Source: a virus (Duplodnaviria; Caudoviricetes). From it: a DNA stretch of 64,000 nucleotides. Below are positions 1 to 9,179 of the stretch, piece by piece. The position numbers and the translations under genes were made by a program. The notes below the pieces were generated by a model. The model ran no database searches. It was not told where the DNA came from and was given only the letters and a program-made list of their open reading frames with translations. The stretch's first letter is position 1; the number at the start of each line of letters is the position of its first letter. Location of the stretch: IMG/VR virus record IMGVR_UViG_2767802123_000001, positions 1-64,000 of that record; one strand, written 5' to 3'.

Positions 1-1
1 A

Positions 2-520
2 GGCTGCTCGGTCGGCCCCGACGAGGAGACCGCGCACCTGGTGCCGGTGCTCGCCCGGCTTAACCGACGCGGCTGGGTCACCACCTGCTCGCAGCCCGGC
101 GAGACCGGCACGGCGTACGACGGACGGCCGTGGGAGCAGCGCGCCGCCGTGGAGGGCTGGATCTCCTGCCGGAACCCGCTCCTCGGCCCGCTCATCCGCC
201 GGGCCCGGGGCGCCGGGCTCATCATCACCGCGTACGGTCCCGGGCGCTCCATCGGGCCGCGTCGCGGCCTCACGGTGACCCGCTGGGGCAACGAGGCACA
301 CACCGGCTTCGGAGGCCGTCCCCGGCGCCTCCAGCTCCGCGCGGAGCTGCCCGGCATCGGCCGTGGGGCCTGGCGGGAGCTGATCCGTCACGGCGTCGCC
401 CTGGCCGTCATCGACCCCGTCTGGGGCCGGGACACACGGCTGTGGCCCCTGCTGGACCGGGTGATCGGCTACCGCGAGCACGAGCCGGCGGCGCCCGCCT
501 GGGCGCGCGTCGACCACTGA
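2..520 (+). CDS. Hypothetical protein, 5'-truncated (possibly DUF6919-like)
   Basis: Frame open to the window edge; motif GWVTTCSQPG...WEQRAAVEG; stop abuts the next RBS box. Confidence 0.6.
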   Translation, partial: GCSVGPDEETAHLVPVLARLNRRGWVTTCSQPGETGTAYDGRPWEQRAAVEGWISCRNPLLGPLIRRARGAGLIITAYGPGRSIGPRRGLTVTRWGNEAHTGFGGRPRRLQLRAELPGIGRGAWRELIRHGVALAVIDPVWGRDTRLWPLLDRVIGYREHEPAAPAWARVDH

Positions 521-538
521 CCAAGGAACGAGGAACCC

Positions 539-946
539 ATGACCGACACGCAGACGCTCCCGCAGTCGTCCGTCCCGGCGGCGTTCGACCGGGGCCACCT
601 CTACAGCCCCACCCGCGACTACATCGCCCCGGCCCTGCGCGGTCGGTACGACTACCAGCCCGGAGACCTGTTCGAGCCGATGCCGGAGGCACCGCGCGAG
701 CCCAAAGAGTTCGCCTGGTGGTGGCGGAACGTCGCACGACAGGAGGTCCCCGACTTCCTCGGGCTGCGCGTTGGCGACCGGGTGACGATCCAGCACGTGA
801 CCAGCGTGGGTGAGGGCGAGGTCATCGCCACGCGCCGGTCCGGCGCCGTGGTCCGCTACCTGTTGCCCGTGAGCAACCTGAGCGACCGGACGCACGCAGA
901 GATGTACGTCCGCCGCCGCAACGACGTCGGCCACTGGTACCCGTAG
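539..946 (+). CDS. Hypothetical protein
   Basis: ATG preceded by GACCAAGGAACGAGGAACCC box. Confidence 0.75.
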   Translation: MTDTQTLPQSSVPAAFDRGHLYSPTRDYIAPALRGRYDYQPGDLFEPMPEAPREPKEFAWWWRNVARQEVPDFLGLRVGDRVTIQHVTSVGEGEVIATRRSGAVVRYLLPVSNLSDRTHAEMYVRRRNDVGHWYP

Positions 947-973
947 AGCACGTCGACCAAGGAGAATCGGAAC

Positions 974-1165
974 ATGCGTACACGTTGGGTCGCGTTCGGG
1001 CTGGCCATGCTCGCCTTCGGGGTCGTGTCGATTGCCGCGATCACGGTTCTCTACGTCTCGGAGTTCCACGTCCTCCCGGTGTACTCGGTGCTCGGAAGCA
1101 CGAGTGCGACGGGTCTGACCCTCGGCTTCTGCGTTCTGTTCTACGAGTGGAGAGACCACCGCTGA
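974..1165 (+). CDS. Small membrane protein (2 hydrophobic segments)
   Basis: GACCAAGGAG RBS; hydrophobic 63 aa. Confidence 0.7.
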   Translation: MRTRWVAFGLAMLAFGVVSIAAITVLYVSEFHVLPVYSVLGSTSATGLTLGFCVLFYEWRDHR

Positions 1166-1217
1166 CGTCGGCTCACCGAGCCCCGAACCCCCACCGGTTC
1201 GGGGCTCTTTCGCGTTC

Positions 1218-1257
1218 GGGGTTGTGCCCGCCCGGCATCTATGATTTAGTTAATCCA
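1218..1257 (+). promoter_or_regulatory. Repeated promoter/operator, copy 1
   Basis: GGGGTTG-N17-TGATTTAGTTAATCCA (1242-1257). Confidence 0.75.
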
Positions 1258-1308
1258 TCGGAACGGCCGACCGGCCGGGACGACGGACCAAGGAATGAGG
1301 AACCGACC

Positions 1309-1725
1309 ATGACGAAGACCTCCCGCCTCCGCCGCCGAATCGTCCGCGAGCGCGCCGCCGCCACCCGCTTCGCCCGGTCCCTGCGCAAGGGCCGCAGCCT
1401 CGCGACGCACGCCATCGCCGCCGGTGTGGACGCCCAGGTGGCCGCCGGTGTGGCGAACGGCCTGCGCTCCGTAGCCAAGCGGATCGGGATGGAGCCCGCC
1501 AAGGTCGCCCGCACCCACCGCACCACCGAGGGCCGCGCGGCCCGGCTGCGCAAGGTGAACCACTTCACCGCCGCCCAGGTCCAGGTGCTCCTGCGCAACT
1601 ACAAGCCGCGCAAGGCGGAGTACAAGGCGGCCGTGGTGCTCATGGTCCTCGCGCACGGCGCCCCGGTGGCCGTCCGCCAGACGGTGCGCCCGACCGTTCC
1701 GGCCCGCGAGCTGGTCAACGCCTGA
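1309..1725 (+). CDS. Basic hypothetical protein
   Basis: Start reassigned to ATG after GACCAAGGAATGAGGAACCGACC. Confidence 0.75.
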   Translation: MTKTSRLRRRIVRERAAATRFARSLRKGRSLATHAIAAGVDAQVAAGVANGLRSVAKRIGMEPAKVARTHRTTEGRAARLRKVNHFTAAQVQVLLRNYKPRKAEYKAAVVLMVLAHGAPVAVRQTVRPTVPARELVNA

Positions 1726-1784
1726 CCGACAGACTTCCGGGGCCGTCGACCGGCGGCCCCGGCCCGAGCAAGGAAGGACCGATC

Positions 1785-1958
1785 ATGCCGGACACCGTCT
1801 CGACCTACGTCAAGTGCTGGGACGCATGCAACGAGCCTGCTACTCACCTCATGACGCGCGAAGGGTCAATCCCGCTGCGTGCTTGCGACCGCCACACCCG
1901 AGTTGACCGCGCGGAGGCTGAAGCGCGCGGTTGGACCATCACGAGCCTGGACGACTGA
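1785..1958 (+). CDS. 57-aa Cys/His-containing small protein (not in ORF track)
   Basis: AAGGAAGGACCGATC-ATG; MPDTVSTYVKCWDACNEPATH... Confidence 0.65.
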   Translation: MPDTVSTYVKCWDACNEPATHLMTREGSIPLRACDRHTRVDRAEAEARGWTITSLDD

Positions 1959-2048
1959 GCACCGCTCGGGGTCGCAGACGGAACCTCCGGCCGTGGCCCC
2001 TGTGAGGCAGCTCAGCCTCTGACCCGAGATACGAGGAGAACCGACACG

Positions 2049-2315
2049 ATGGCTACCGGACCCGAGAACTACCGCGCAGCCGAGAGGCTCGTCGATCAGT
2101 CGCGCACGTGGGAGAACGCGGACACCGGGTGGAAGGCTCACCTGTCCGGCGAGGAGCGGCTGGCCCGCCGCATGGCCGACCTGACCGAGGCTCTGGTGCT
2201 TGCGCAGCTCGCCGACGCGGCGGCCACGGCCCTGAACGACAACGACCCGAACGGTGAGGGCATGCCCGGCGAGGACTACCGCGAGTGGAAGGCCGCTGCC
2301 AGCGTGAAGGGCTGA
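2049..2315 (+). CDS. Hypothetical protein
   Basis: GAGGAG RBS; GC3-rich frame. Confidence 0.7.
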   Translation: MATGPENYRAAERLVDQSRTWENADTGWKAHLSGEERLARRMADLTEALVLAQLADAAATALNDNDPNGEGMPGEDYREWKAAASVKG

Positions 2316-2404
2316 GCCTCACGTGGACGTCATCGGCACCGCGCCGGTGGCGCCCCCGAGGCGGCTCAGCCGAGAGCCACCGACCAAGGAATGAGGAATC
2401 GATC

Positions 2405-2563
2405 ATGGGCATTGTGTTCTCGACCCCTGACGCAGGTCTCCAGCGCAACCTTCGCCAGGCCGACGAGGTGGCCGACGGCCTGCGGGCCGAGGGTCGCGAC
2501 GCGGTGGTGAAGTCCGACCCGACGACGGACACCTGGAACGTGCACGTCCCGGACGAGGACTGA
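2405..2563 (+). CDS. Small hypothetical protein
   Basis: GACCAAGGAATGAGGAATCGATC-ATG. Confidence 0.65.
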   Translation: MGIVFSTPDAGLQRNLRQADEVADGLRAEGRDAVVKSDPTTDTWNVHVPDED

Positions 2564-2591
2564 CCGGACGTCACCGCTGAATCTGTGCCCC

Positions 2592-2631
2592 GGGGTTGTC
2601 CGCCCCGGGGCACTGTGATTTAATTAAGTCA
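2592..2631 (+). promoter_or_regulatory. Repeated promoter/operator, copy 2
   Basis: GGGGTTG-N17-TGATTTAATTAAGTCA (2616-2631). Confidence 0.8.
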
Positions 2632-2671
2632 TCGTCGGACGGGCCGGCGGGGACCCAGGGAGGAACCGACC

Positions 2672-2950
2672 ATGAACAACGCGACGACGACCGAGGACAA
2701 GTGGCGCGCGGAGGGCTACGCCTGGGGTTTGTTCATCCCCGGCCCCGACTGGCTGACTGTCCCCGGGTCTGCCCACCGCTCCGCCCCGCTGACCGAACGG
2801 CCCGAGGACGCCGAGCGTCCCAACTACGCGGCCGTCCACGGCGGCGAGGTGAGCCCGTGGGTGCTGGCGAAGGTCCAGCGTTGCGGCGGCGGCACCTTCC
2901 GCGTCCTGGAGGTCGTCCGAGAGGTCACCCCGGAGCGGGCGGGCTCCTGA
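2672..2950 (+). CDS. Hypothetical protein
   Basis: GGAGGAACCGACC-ATG downstream of operator. Confidence 0.7.
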   Translation: MNNATTTEDKWRAEGYAWGLFIPGPDWLTVPGSAHRSAPLTERPEDAERPNYAAVHGGEVSPWVLAKVQRCGGGTFRVLEVVREVTPERAGS

Positions 2951-3013
2951 CCCGAACCCCAGGGCCCCGTCGACCGGCGGGGCCCTCCCCTCTGACCAAG
3001 GAATGAGGACACG

Positions 3014-3370
3014 ATGGGCGCGACGACGGCGAGGCTGGGCCTGCTGGCCGAGGTTAGCGAGGACCCGTGGAACCTGGGCGACAGCCGCTGGACGGCGACG
3101 CTCGGGCCCGTGAAGGCCCACGGCCGGACCAAGACGGCCGCGCTCAAGGCCCTCGCCGAGGAAGTCGTGCACGGCCTCTCCCGGCTGGACGCGGAGCCTG
3201 CGTTCGCCCGGGACGACGACGGCTCGCTGATCGCGGCCGTACCGAGGTGGCACGGCGTGGAGCACTACCGCGTGACCGAGGAAGGCGTCCGGTCCACCGC
3301 CGCGTGCGACGGCCCGCCGGCGAAGTCGCTGGAGGGTACGCACCACTACACCGTGATCCCGCAACGCTGA
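3014..3370 (+). CDS. Hypothetical protein
   Basis: GACCAAGGAATGAGGA box before ATG. Confidence 0.7.
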   Translation: MGATTARLGLLAEVSEDPWNLGDSRWTATLGPVKAHGRTKTAALKALAEEVVHGLSRLDAEPAFARDDDGSLIAAVPRWHGVEHYRVTEEGVRSTAACDGPPAKSLEGTHHYTVIPQR

Positions 3371-3428
3371 TCATCCCGGCCCCACCGCCCGGCGGGGCCT
3401 TCACCCGTTGACCCTGGAGGAACCGACC

Positions 3429-3821
3429 ATGCCCCGCTCGGAAATCACTGACCCGGCTGTTCGCGTACTGTTCGCCAAACATGACCCGGCCGACAGCGAT
3501 CAGTACGGGAAGTGCACGGCCGCCGGGTACTTCGCGGAGGAGAGTGCGGACGACGAGGTCCGGGTCTCCCACCGAATGCCCGAGCCCGACCTGCTGGACG
3601 ACGACCGCATGAGCAGCGACGAGATGGCCGCCGAGCGGCACCGGATGGTTGATGCCTACGCGACCACCCTGGAGGCTGCCGGCTGGACCGTGGAGCGCAA
3701 GGGCCTACACGCCCAAAAGCCGTACCTGCTGGCGCGTCGCCCGCTGACCGACCAGGCCGCCGAGGCGCTGGACGACGGGCTGGACAAGCTGTTCCGCCGG
3801 CTCGGGCCACCGGACGCCTGA
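3429..3821 (+). CDS. Hypothetical protein
   Basis: GGAGGAACCGACC-ATG. Confidence 0.7.
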   Translation: MPRSEITDPAVRVLFAKHDPADSDQYGKCTAAGYFAEESADDEVRVSHRMPEPDLLDDDRMSSDEMAAERHRMVDAYATTLEAAGWTVERKGLHAQKPYLLARRPLTDQAAEALDDGLDKLFRRLGPPDA

Positions 3822-3849
3822 CCCGACGTCACCGCTGAATCTGTGCCCC

Positions 3850-3894
3850 GGGGTTGTCCTCGCCCCGGGGCACAGGTATGATTTAGCTAAATCG
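3850..3894 (+). promoter_or_regulatory. Repeated promoter/operator, copy 3 (longer spacer)
   Basis: GGGGTTG-N22-TGATTTAGCTAAATCG (3879-3894). Confidence 0.7.
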
Positions 3895-3935
3895 ACCGGT
3901 TAGGTCGTAGACCAAGGAACCAGGAAAGTAGGCCC

Positions 3936-4394
3936 GTGATGACCAGCTACTCGGTAGAGAGGCCGGTACGCCAGCCCGGTCAGCCGTCCCGCGTCCGTCC
4001 CGGACTGGTCCACCTGCGCCCCGGCCAGGCGACCCCCGGACAGCCGGTGACCATCCGCACGTTCGACGCAGCAGGCAACGAGATCGAGTTCCCCGCGATC
4101 TACGTCCGCACCGACGGCCTGCACCTGCGCTGCTCCCGGGACGGTGAGAGCCAGACGCGGCGGTACCGCCCGTCACAGGTCTTCCCGCGCCACGTCATCT
4201 ACCGCCGGTGGACCGTGACGCTCAAGCACAAGGCCGTGGCGGCCGACGGCAGCGGCGACGAGCTGCTGCCGGTGTTCGTCAACGCGCGCACCGAGCTGGA
4301 GGCCCGGTACCAGGCGCTCCAGCAGGTCCGTGCCGAGCGCGGCCCGCGCGCCAACTGGTCGTTCACCCTCCACTCCGTCCGCCGGGAGGGCTGA
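3936..4394 (+). CDS. Hypothetical protein
   Basis: Follows GACCAAGGAACCAGGAA box. Confidence 0.65.
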   Translation: MMTSYSVERPVRQPGQPSRVRPGLVHLRPGQATPGQPVTIRTFDAAGNEIEFPAIYVRTDGLHLRCSRDGESQTRRYRPSQVFPRHVIYRRWTVTLKHKAVAADGSGDELLPVFVNARTELEARYQALQQVRAERGPRANWSFTLHSVRREG

Positions 4395-4397
4395 GCC

Positions 4398-4892
4398 GTG
4401 GCCGTCGACACCCTGTCACGCCAGGCTCTGCTGGAGGCGAAGCAGGAGGGCGGCTACGCGCCCCGCGTGAAGGTCTGGCCGCCGGAGGGCTACGTGCCGC
4501 CGACGGCCGAGGAGTTTGACACTCTGCGGCAGGCGGCCCGGCGGTACGCCGGGGTGGTCTTCCACCTCACCTACTGGAAGAAGGTGACCGACGACCAGGT
4601 GCTGCGCCGGTACCAGCTCGCCGAGGTGGACGGGCCGGAGGAGCGGGCGGTCTACGCCTACACCCGGGCCCTGCGCGACGAGCTGCGCCGGCGCGGCCTG
4701 GTGCACCGGTCCATCGCCCTCCTGCGGTGCGAGCAGTGCAGCCACGCCACGGAACGCCTGTTCGAGGTGACGCAGGAGACCCACCCCGGGCTGAAGTCCC
4801 CGCGCGGGCCGGTGACGTCCGCCTGGTACTGCGCGCGGTGCTGGAGCGGGGACGACGTCGCCGACGAGGACGAGCTGGAGGACGAGGGATGA
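4398..4892 (+). CDS. Hypothetical protein with CxxC...CxxC motif
   Basis: CEQC...CARC; stop overlaps next ATG. Confidence 0.65.
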   Translation: MAVDTLSRQALLEAKQEGGYAPRVKVWPPEGYVPPTAEEFDTLRQAARRYAGVVFHLTYWKKVTDDQVLRRYQLAEVDGPEERAVYAYTRALRDELRRRGLVHRSIALLRCEQCSHATERLFEVTQETHPGLKSPRGPVTSAWYCARCWSGDDVADEDELEDEG

Positions 4893-5833
4893 CACTGCAC
4901 CTGTTCGCCGGGCCCGGCGGCATGGAGGCCGGAGACGGCAGCGCGTCCATCGGCATCGAATACGACGACGACGCGGTGGCCACTCGTCGCGCGGCCGGGC
5001 TGGCCACGGTTCACGGCGACGTGACCGACTACGGCCCCGCCGACTTCTCCGAGGACGACACGCTCGCCGGTGGGCCGCCGTGCCAGACGTTCACCGTCGC
5101 CGGCCGAGGCGCGGGCCGCCTGCTCCTCGCTCACCTCCAGCAGAAAGCCAAGGCGATGGCCGCCCGTCAGGCCCTGCCGCCGACGCCGCCCGGAACGGAC
5201 GCGCGCTCGCTGCTCGTTCTGGAGCCGCTGCGGTACGTCCTGGCGGCGGCCGACGCTGGGCGCCCGTACCGCGCTGTGGTGTTGGAACAGGTGCCGGGCG
5301 CCCTGCCGGTGTGGCAGACCTACGCGGAGATCCTGCGCGCTGAGGGCTACGCGGCCGTCTGCGGAGTGCTGAACGCCGAGCAGTACGGCGTACCGCAGAC
5401 CCGGCGTCGTGCGGTCCTGCTGGCCCGCAGGGACGGCGCCGTGGCGCTCCCGACCCCGACGCACCAGAAGTGGTCCCGGGGCCGCGTGAGCGGCGACGAG
5501 GGGCTTCCCGCGCCGGTGTCCATGGGTGAGGCGCTGGACCGGCCGGAGCCATTCACCGTGGTGTCCAACTACGGCACCGGCGGGGACCCGCAGAACCGTG
5601 GCCAGCGTGCGAGCACCGAGCCCGCGTTCACGGTCACGGGGAAGATCAACCGTAACCGGGTTGTCGGGCCGGCCGGCGAGGAACTGCCCCGGTTCACCGA
5701 GTCGGAGGCCGGCCGGCTCCAGGGGTTCCCGGCCGACTACCCATGGTCGGGCCGGGGCGTCCCGCAGCAGATCGGCAACGCCTGCCCGACGCAGCTTGCG
5801 GCGGCGCTGTTCCGGGCGGTGCGCTGTGAGTGA
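4889..5833 (+). CDS. DNA (cytosine-5) methyltransferase
   Basis: Motifs LFAGPGG, GPPCQ, EQV, PQTRRR, QQIGNA. Confidence 0.9.
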   Translation: MTLHLFAGPGGMEAGDGSASIGIEYDDDAVATRRAAGLATVHGDVTDYGPADFSEDDTLAGGPPCQTFTVAGRGAGRLLLAHLQQKAKAMAARQALPPTPPGTDARSLLVLEPLRYVLAAADAGRPYRAVVLEQVPGALPVWQTYAEILRAEGYAAVCGVLNAEQYGVPQTRRRAVLLARRDGAVALPTPTHQKWSRGRVSGDEGLPAPVSMGEALDRPEPFTVVSNYGTGGDPQNRGQRASTEPAFTVTGKINRNRVVGPAGEELPRFTESEAGRLQGFPADYPWSGRGVPQQIGNACPTQLAAALFRAVRCE

Positions 5834-5897
5834 GGTGAGCACCGTCAGTCCGACCCGCTACGGTGCAGACAACCCTGAACACGGAAGTGAGGAACCG

Positions 5898-6233
5898 ATG
5901 ACCCATCACCACCAGACGACCGAGGACGTGGACCCGGACTGCCCGCGTTGCCAGGAGGAAACGACGCAGTACTGGACCGACGTGGAAGCGTGGAAGCTGC
6001 GTACCGCAGTCGAGATGGCCACCGACGGCACCGGGCACGCTTCCCCGTCGGCGCTGATGCTCCGGCTGGGCCAGGACCACGGCATCCGGGTCACGTTCGA
6101 GGAAGCGCAGGCATTGCTCAACCGACTGGAGACCGCCGGTGTCGTCGGCCCTGCGGACGGTTGGACGCACGCGCACCCCGTCCTGATGCGCCGCGAGCAG
6201 GCACTGGTCGCGCTGAGCCTGCCGGTCGTCTGA
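5898..6233 (+). CDS. Small protein with FtsK-gamma-like winged helix
   Basis: ASPSALMLRL...FEEAQALLNRLETAGVVGPADG...PVL resembles FtsK C-terminal gamma domain; N-terminal CPRC. Confidence 0.65.
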   Translation: MTHHHQTTEDVDPDCPRCQEETTQYWTDVEAWKLRTAVEMATDGTGHASPSALMLRLGQDHGIRVTFEEAQALLNRLETAGVVGPADGWTHAHPVLMRREQALVALSLPVV

Positions 6234-6296
6234 CGACCGAGCAGCACCTCCACCGAAACCCCGGAGCCGTACGCGGCCCGGGGCTTCGTCGTGTCC

Positions 6297-6337
6297 GGGG
6301 GTTGCCCCGCCGCCGCACCTATGGTTTAATTAATTCA
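6297..6337 (+). promoter_or_regulatory. Repeated promoter/operator, copy 4
   Basis: GGGGTTG-N17-TGGTTTAATTAATTCA (6322-6337). Confidence 0.8.
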
Positions 6338-6442
6338 TCGGGACGCCGGACCGGGCGGGTGACCGCAGGCACAGAGCGTAGAGGCCGACCCGGCCGGCGT
6401 CCCGGACAGACCGACCACAGACCAGGGAACGAGGGACCAGCC

Positions 6443-6796
6443 ATGGCGCAGCTCACCACCATCGGACGGACCGCCATCTTCACCTGCGAGAGCCAGGCAG
6501 AGGCTGAGACGATCCGTCTCGCCGTGGACCGCTTCGGTCGCTACCTCCGGGGCATCGGCGAGGACGAGCGCAACTGGGCGGCCCCGAGCGTGGAGGGTCC
6601 GGGGTTCGGCTGGGACGCGGTTCGCCGGGTCGCCCGCGACATGCACGCGGGCTCCACGTCGTACATGTCCCGCCGCATGGCCAAGGCCCTTTGCGACGCC
6701 CTGCACCACGCGGCCGGCGAACCGTCGGGAATCAACGACGCCTTGACGGCGGCGGCCCGGACCCTCCGCGCCCGGCTCTCCCCGAGCCTCGTCTGA
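6443..6796 (+). CDS. Hypothetical protein
   Basis: GACCAGGGAACGAGGGACCAGCC-ATG. Confidence 0.7.
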   Translation: MAQLTTIGRTAIFTCESQAEAETIRLAVDRFGRYLRGIGEDERNWAAPSVEGPGFGWDAVRRVARDMHAGSTSYMSRRMAKALCDALHHAAGEPSGINDALTAAARTLRARLSPSLV

Positions 6797-6839
6797 ACCG
6801 CCCTGCCCCGGCCTCCTCGCCGGGGCTTCGTCGTGCTCA

Positions 6840-6878
6840 GGGTTGTGTTCCGCTCCGGGCTATGGTTTAATTAATTCA
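6840..6878 (+). promoter_or_regulatory. Repeated promoter/operator, copy 5
   Basis: GGGTTG-N17-TGGTTTAATTAATTCA (6863-6878). Confidence 0.8.
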
Positions 6879-6984
6879 TCGGGACGCCGGTCGGGTGGAC
6901 CGGGCCGCGACCGCCGAAGCGGGGAAGCCGACCCGGCTGGCGTCCCGGACAGAGGACCGCAGACCAGGGAACGAGGAACCGACC

Positions 6985-7524
6985 ATGAGCGAGACGTTCG
7001 AGCCCGTGGACTTCCGCGATGTGCACGAGGGCGACCGCCTCCAGTTCACGACCAACGACAACGGGTTCGGCGGTCGCGGTCAGTACCGCCGCACTGGCTC
7101 CGTGGTCCGGGCCACCGACAAGACGGTCCGTGTGGCATGCGACGACGGCACCACGGCCGTCCTGCGGCGGGCCGACTGGAGCGCTCGGGCCGCCGGCAAG
7201 TCTGCTCAGAAGACGGACCTTGAGAGCACCCCGCCGTGGCTGGTGGTCAGCATGGACCAGGGAGTGCTACGAGCTGAGCCCACCTCCGCTGCCGCGCTGA
7301 ACTGGTTCAAGCGGCTGCACGGGTGCAACCGTGTCCGTGAGCGCAGGCAGTACAGCGAGTACGACTACGCCTGTACGTTGGCCACGGATGGCGAGTACGC
7401 GCCGAGTGCGGGCATCGTTCGGGCCGATCACGTCCGCGCTCACGGCGGGGACCCCGACCAGACGCCCCTGTACCCGCTCGCCGATTCGCCGTACGAGTAC
7501 GTCGCACGCCCGGACGAGGACTGA
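6985..7524 (+). CDS. Hypothetical protein
   Basis: GACCAGGGAACGAGGAACCGACC-ATG. Confidence 0.7.
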   Translation: MSETFEPVDFRDVHEGDRLQFTTNDNGFGGRGQYRRTGSVVRATDKTVRVACDDGTTAVLRRADWSARAAGKSAQKTDLESTPPWLVVSMDQGVLRAEPTSAAALNWFKRLHGCNRVRERRQYSEYDYACTLATDGEYAPSAGIVRADHVRAHGGDPDQTPLYPLADSPYEYVARPDED

Positions 7525-7651
7525 CCCACCCGGGCCCCGGCCTCCTCGCCGGGGCCCTGCACCACCCGACCAAGGAATCAAGGAAGCGATTCTCCGCTCC
7601 GGCCGTATGATCCGTGCCGGCCGACGGGGGCCTCAGAGAGGACGACCGACC

Positions 7652-7852
7652 GTGACGACGCAGGACCGCATCAGCGACCCGGGGTTCACCGCCGCGCAGG
7701 ACCAGAACGAGGCTGCGATAGCCGAGCTGACCGGCCTCGGCGTGCCGGAGGACCGCGCCATCGTCATCGTGCGGCGGACCTACTCCAACGGGCTCGACCG
7801 GGGCCTGTACCTCGGGCTGCGGAAGCTGAACGCCCCGGCCGCCACGTCCTGA
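7652..7852 (+). CDS. Small hypothetical protein
   Basis: GAGAGGA...GTG start; GC3-rich. Confidence 0.55.
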   Translation: MTTQDRISDPGFTAAQDQNEAAIAELTGLGVPEDRAIVIVRRTYSNGLDRGLYLGLRKLNAPAATS

Positions 7853-7880
7853 CAGCCGGCCAGGAATCGAATCGGGTCCC

Positions 7881-7920
7881 GGGGTTGTGCGCCCCGGGAC
7901 TTTCTGATTTAATTAAATCA
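7881..7920 (+). promoter_or_regulatory. Repeated promoter/operator, copy 6 (perfect palindrome)
   Basis: GGGGTTG-N17-TGATTTAATTAAATCA (7905-7920). Confidence 0.8.
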
Positions 7921-7958
7921 GTGAGCCGGACAGACCGGCCGGAAACGAGGAACCGACC

Positions 7959-8525
7959 ATGGGCAAAGGCGGGGGCCACAGTAAAGGCCAGACGATGCCG
8001 TACGCCGTCGTACGTACCTGGGGTGGCGGCAAGCCGACCCGCACGCCGAAGTGGAACATCGGCGCCGCCGAGGCCGACATGCTCGACTCGCTGCGTGCCG
8101 CCAACGCGCGGGGTGCCGAAATCGAGATCCGGGTCATCGACCGGGCGACGGGCGAGATGGTCGCCGAGCCGCAGCGCTGCGTCGTGTGCCGCGAGCGGTG
8201 GGCCACCGAGACTGGTTCCGCCCGGGGCGCCGAGGCGCCCTCGCTCTGCCGCTACTGCGAGGACGAGCACGTGGACCCGGCGCTGGCCGCCCAGTCGGAG
8301 CCGCTCGTCCAGGCCCTTCAGGCGAAGGGGCTGGAGCCCGTCGCACAGCCGGACGGCATGGTGACCGTGGAGGCGAACGGCATCGACTGGACGATGCAGC
8401 CGGTCCCGCACGCGGTCACGGGTGAACCGTGCGGCGTGTGGTCGGCCGTCGGCCCCGCCGGCCCGCGCGGGCAGTTCGTCGCACTCAACGCGGCCGAGTT
8501 CGTCGCCCAGCGCCGGACCCCGTAG
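7959..8525 (+). CDS. Hypothetical protein with CxxC...CxxC
   Basis: RBS box; CVVC...CRYC. Confidence 0.7.
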   Translation: MGKGGGHSKGQTMPYAVVRTWGGGKPTRTPKWNIGAAEADMLDSLRAANARGAEIEIRVIDRATGEMVAEPQRCVVCRERWATETGSARGAEAPSLCRYCEDEHVDPALAAQSEPLVQALQAKGLEPVAQPDGMVTVEANGIDWTMQPVPHAVTGEPCGVWSAVGPAGPRGQFVALNAAEFVAQRRTP

Positions 8526-8593
8526 GACTTCAGACACCCGAGGCCGGGGCACTGACACCCCGGCCCGCCGATCACGGAAACGAGGAACCGACC

Positions 8594-8983
8594 ATGACCC
8601 GCAACGGTCTCCCCCAACTGGGGGACGTCAACCCCGGTGACGAGCTGGTAGTCATTGACGACCCCAGCAGCCGGAACCTCAGGACGGTACGCGTCCGGGT
8701 GACGAAGGTTGCTCCGGTGTGGATCGACGTGGAATCGGTGGACGGCAGTCGCCTGAGTGAGAGCAGGTTCCGCCGTGACAACCAGTCCGCCAAGGCAAAG
8801 CCCGAGCACTGGACCGCGTGCTTCTACACCCTGGAGCAGTGGGCGTGGAAGGAGCGGAACGCCCGCGCGCACCGCTACCTGCGCGAGATCGGCGTCAGCG
8901 CCGATCTCGGCTCCCGCTTCTCAGGTGACCCGCTGACCCTGGCCAACGTCATCCGGCGCGGACTTGGCGAGGCCGAGCTGTGA
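8594..8983 (+). CDS. Hypothetical protein
   Basis: GATCACGGAAACGAGGAACCGACC-ATG. Confidence 0.7.
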   Translation: MTRNGLPQLGDVNPGDELVVIDDPSSRNLRTVRVRVTKVAPVWIDVESVDGSRLSESRFRRDNQSAKAKPEHWTACFYTLEQWAWKERNARAHRYLREIGVSADLGSRFSGDPLTLANVIRRGLGEAEL

Positions 8984-9162
8984 CCGCCATGGACGACGGC
9001 TGGCACTACGGCCCCGACGGGACCCCGGAGCGCGGGTTCCTGGAGGGTACGGCCTTCCAGCCGGACGACACCCGCGACCACATGGACGCGTGGGGCTCCG
9101 TCCACCCGGAGAACCTGAAGGACTGCGGGCCATGCCGCGCCGAAAGCATCCTGACCCTGTGA
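8980..9162 (+). CDS. Small hypothetical protein
   Basis: GTGA overlap with upstream stop. Confidence 0.55.
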   Translation: MTAMDDGWHYGPDGTPERGFLEGTAFQPDDTRDHMDAWGSVHPENLKDCGPCRAESILTL

Positions 9163-9179
9163 CGCATGACGGCCGGCCG

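Noticed and set aside
4889-5833. Restriction-modification system
   Set aside because: No recognisable endonuclease is adjacent; orphan methyltransferase.
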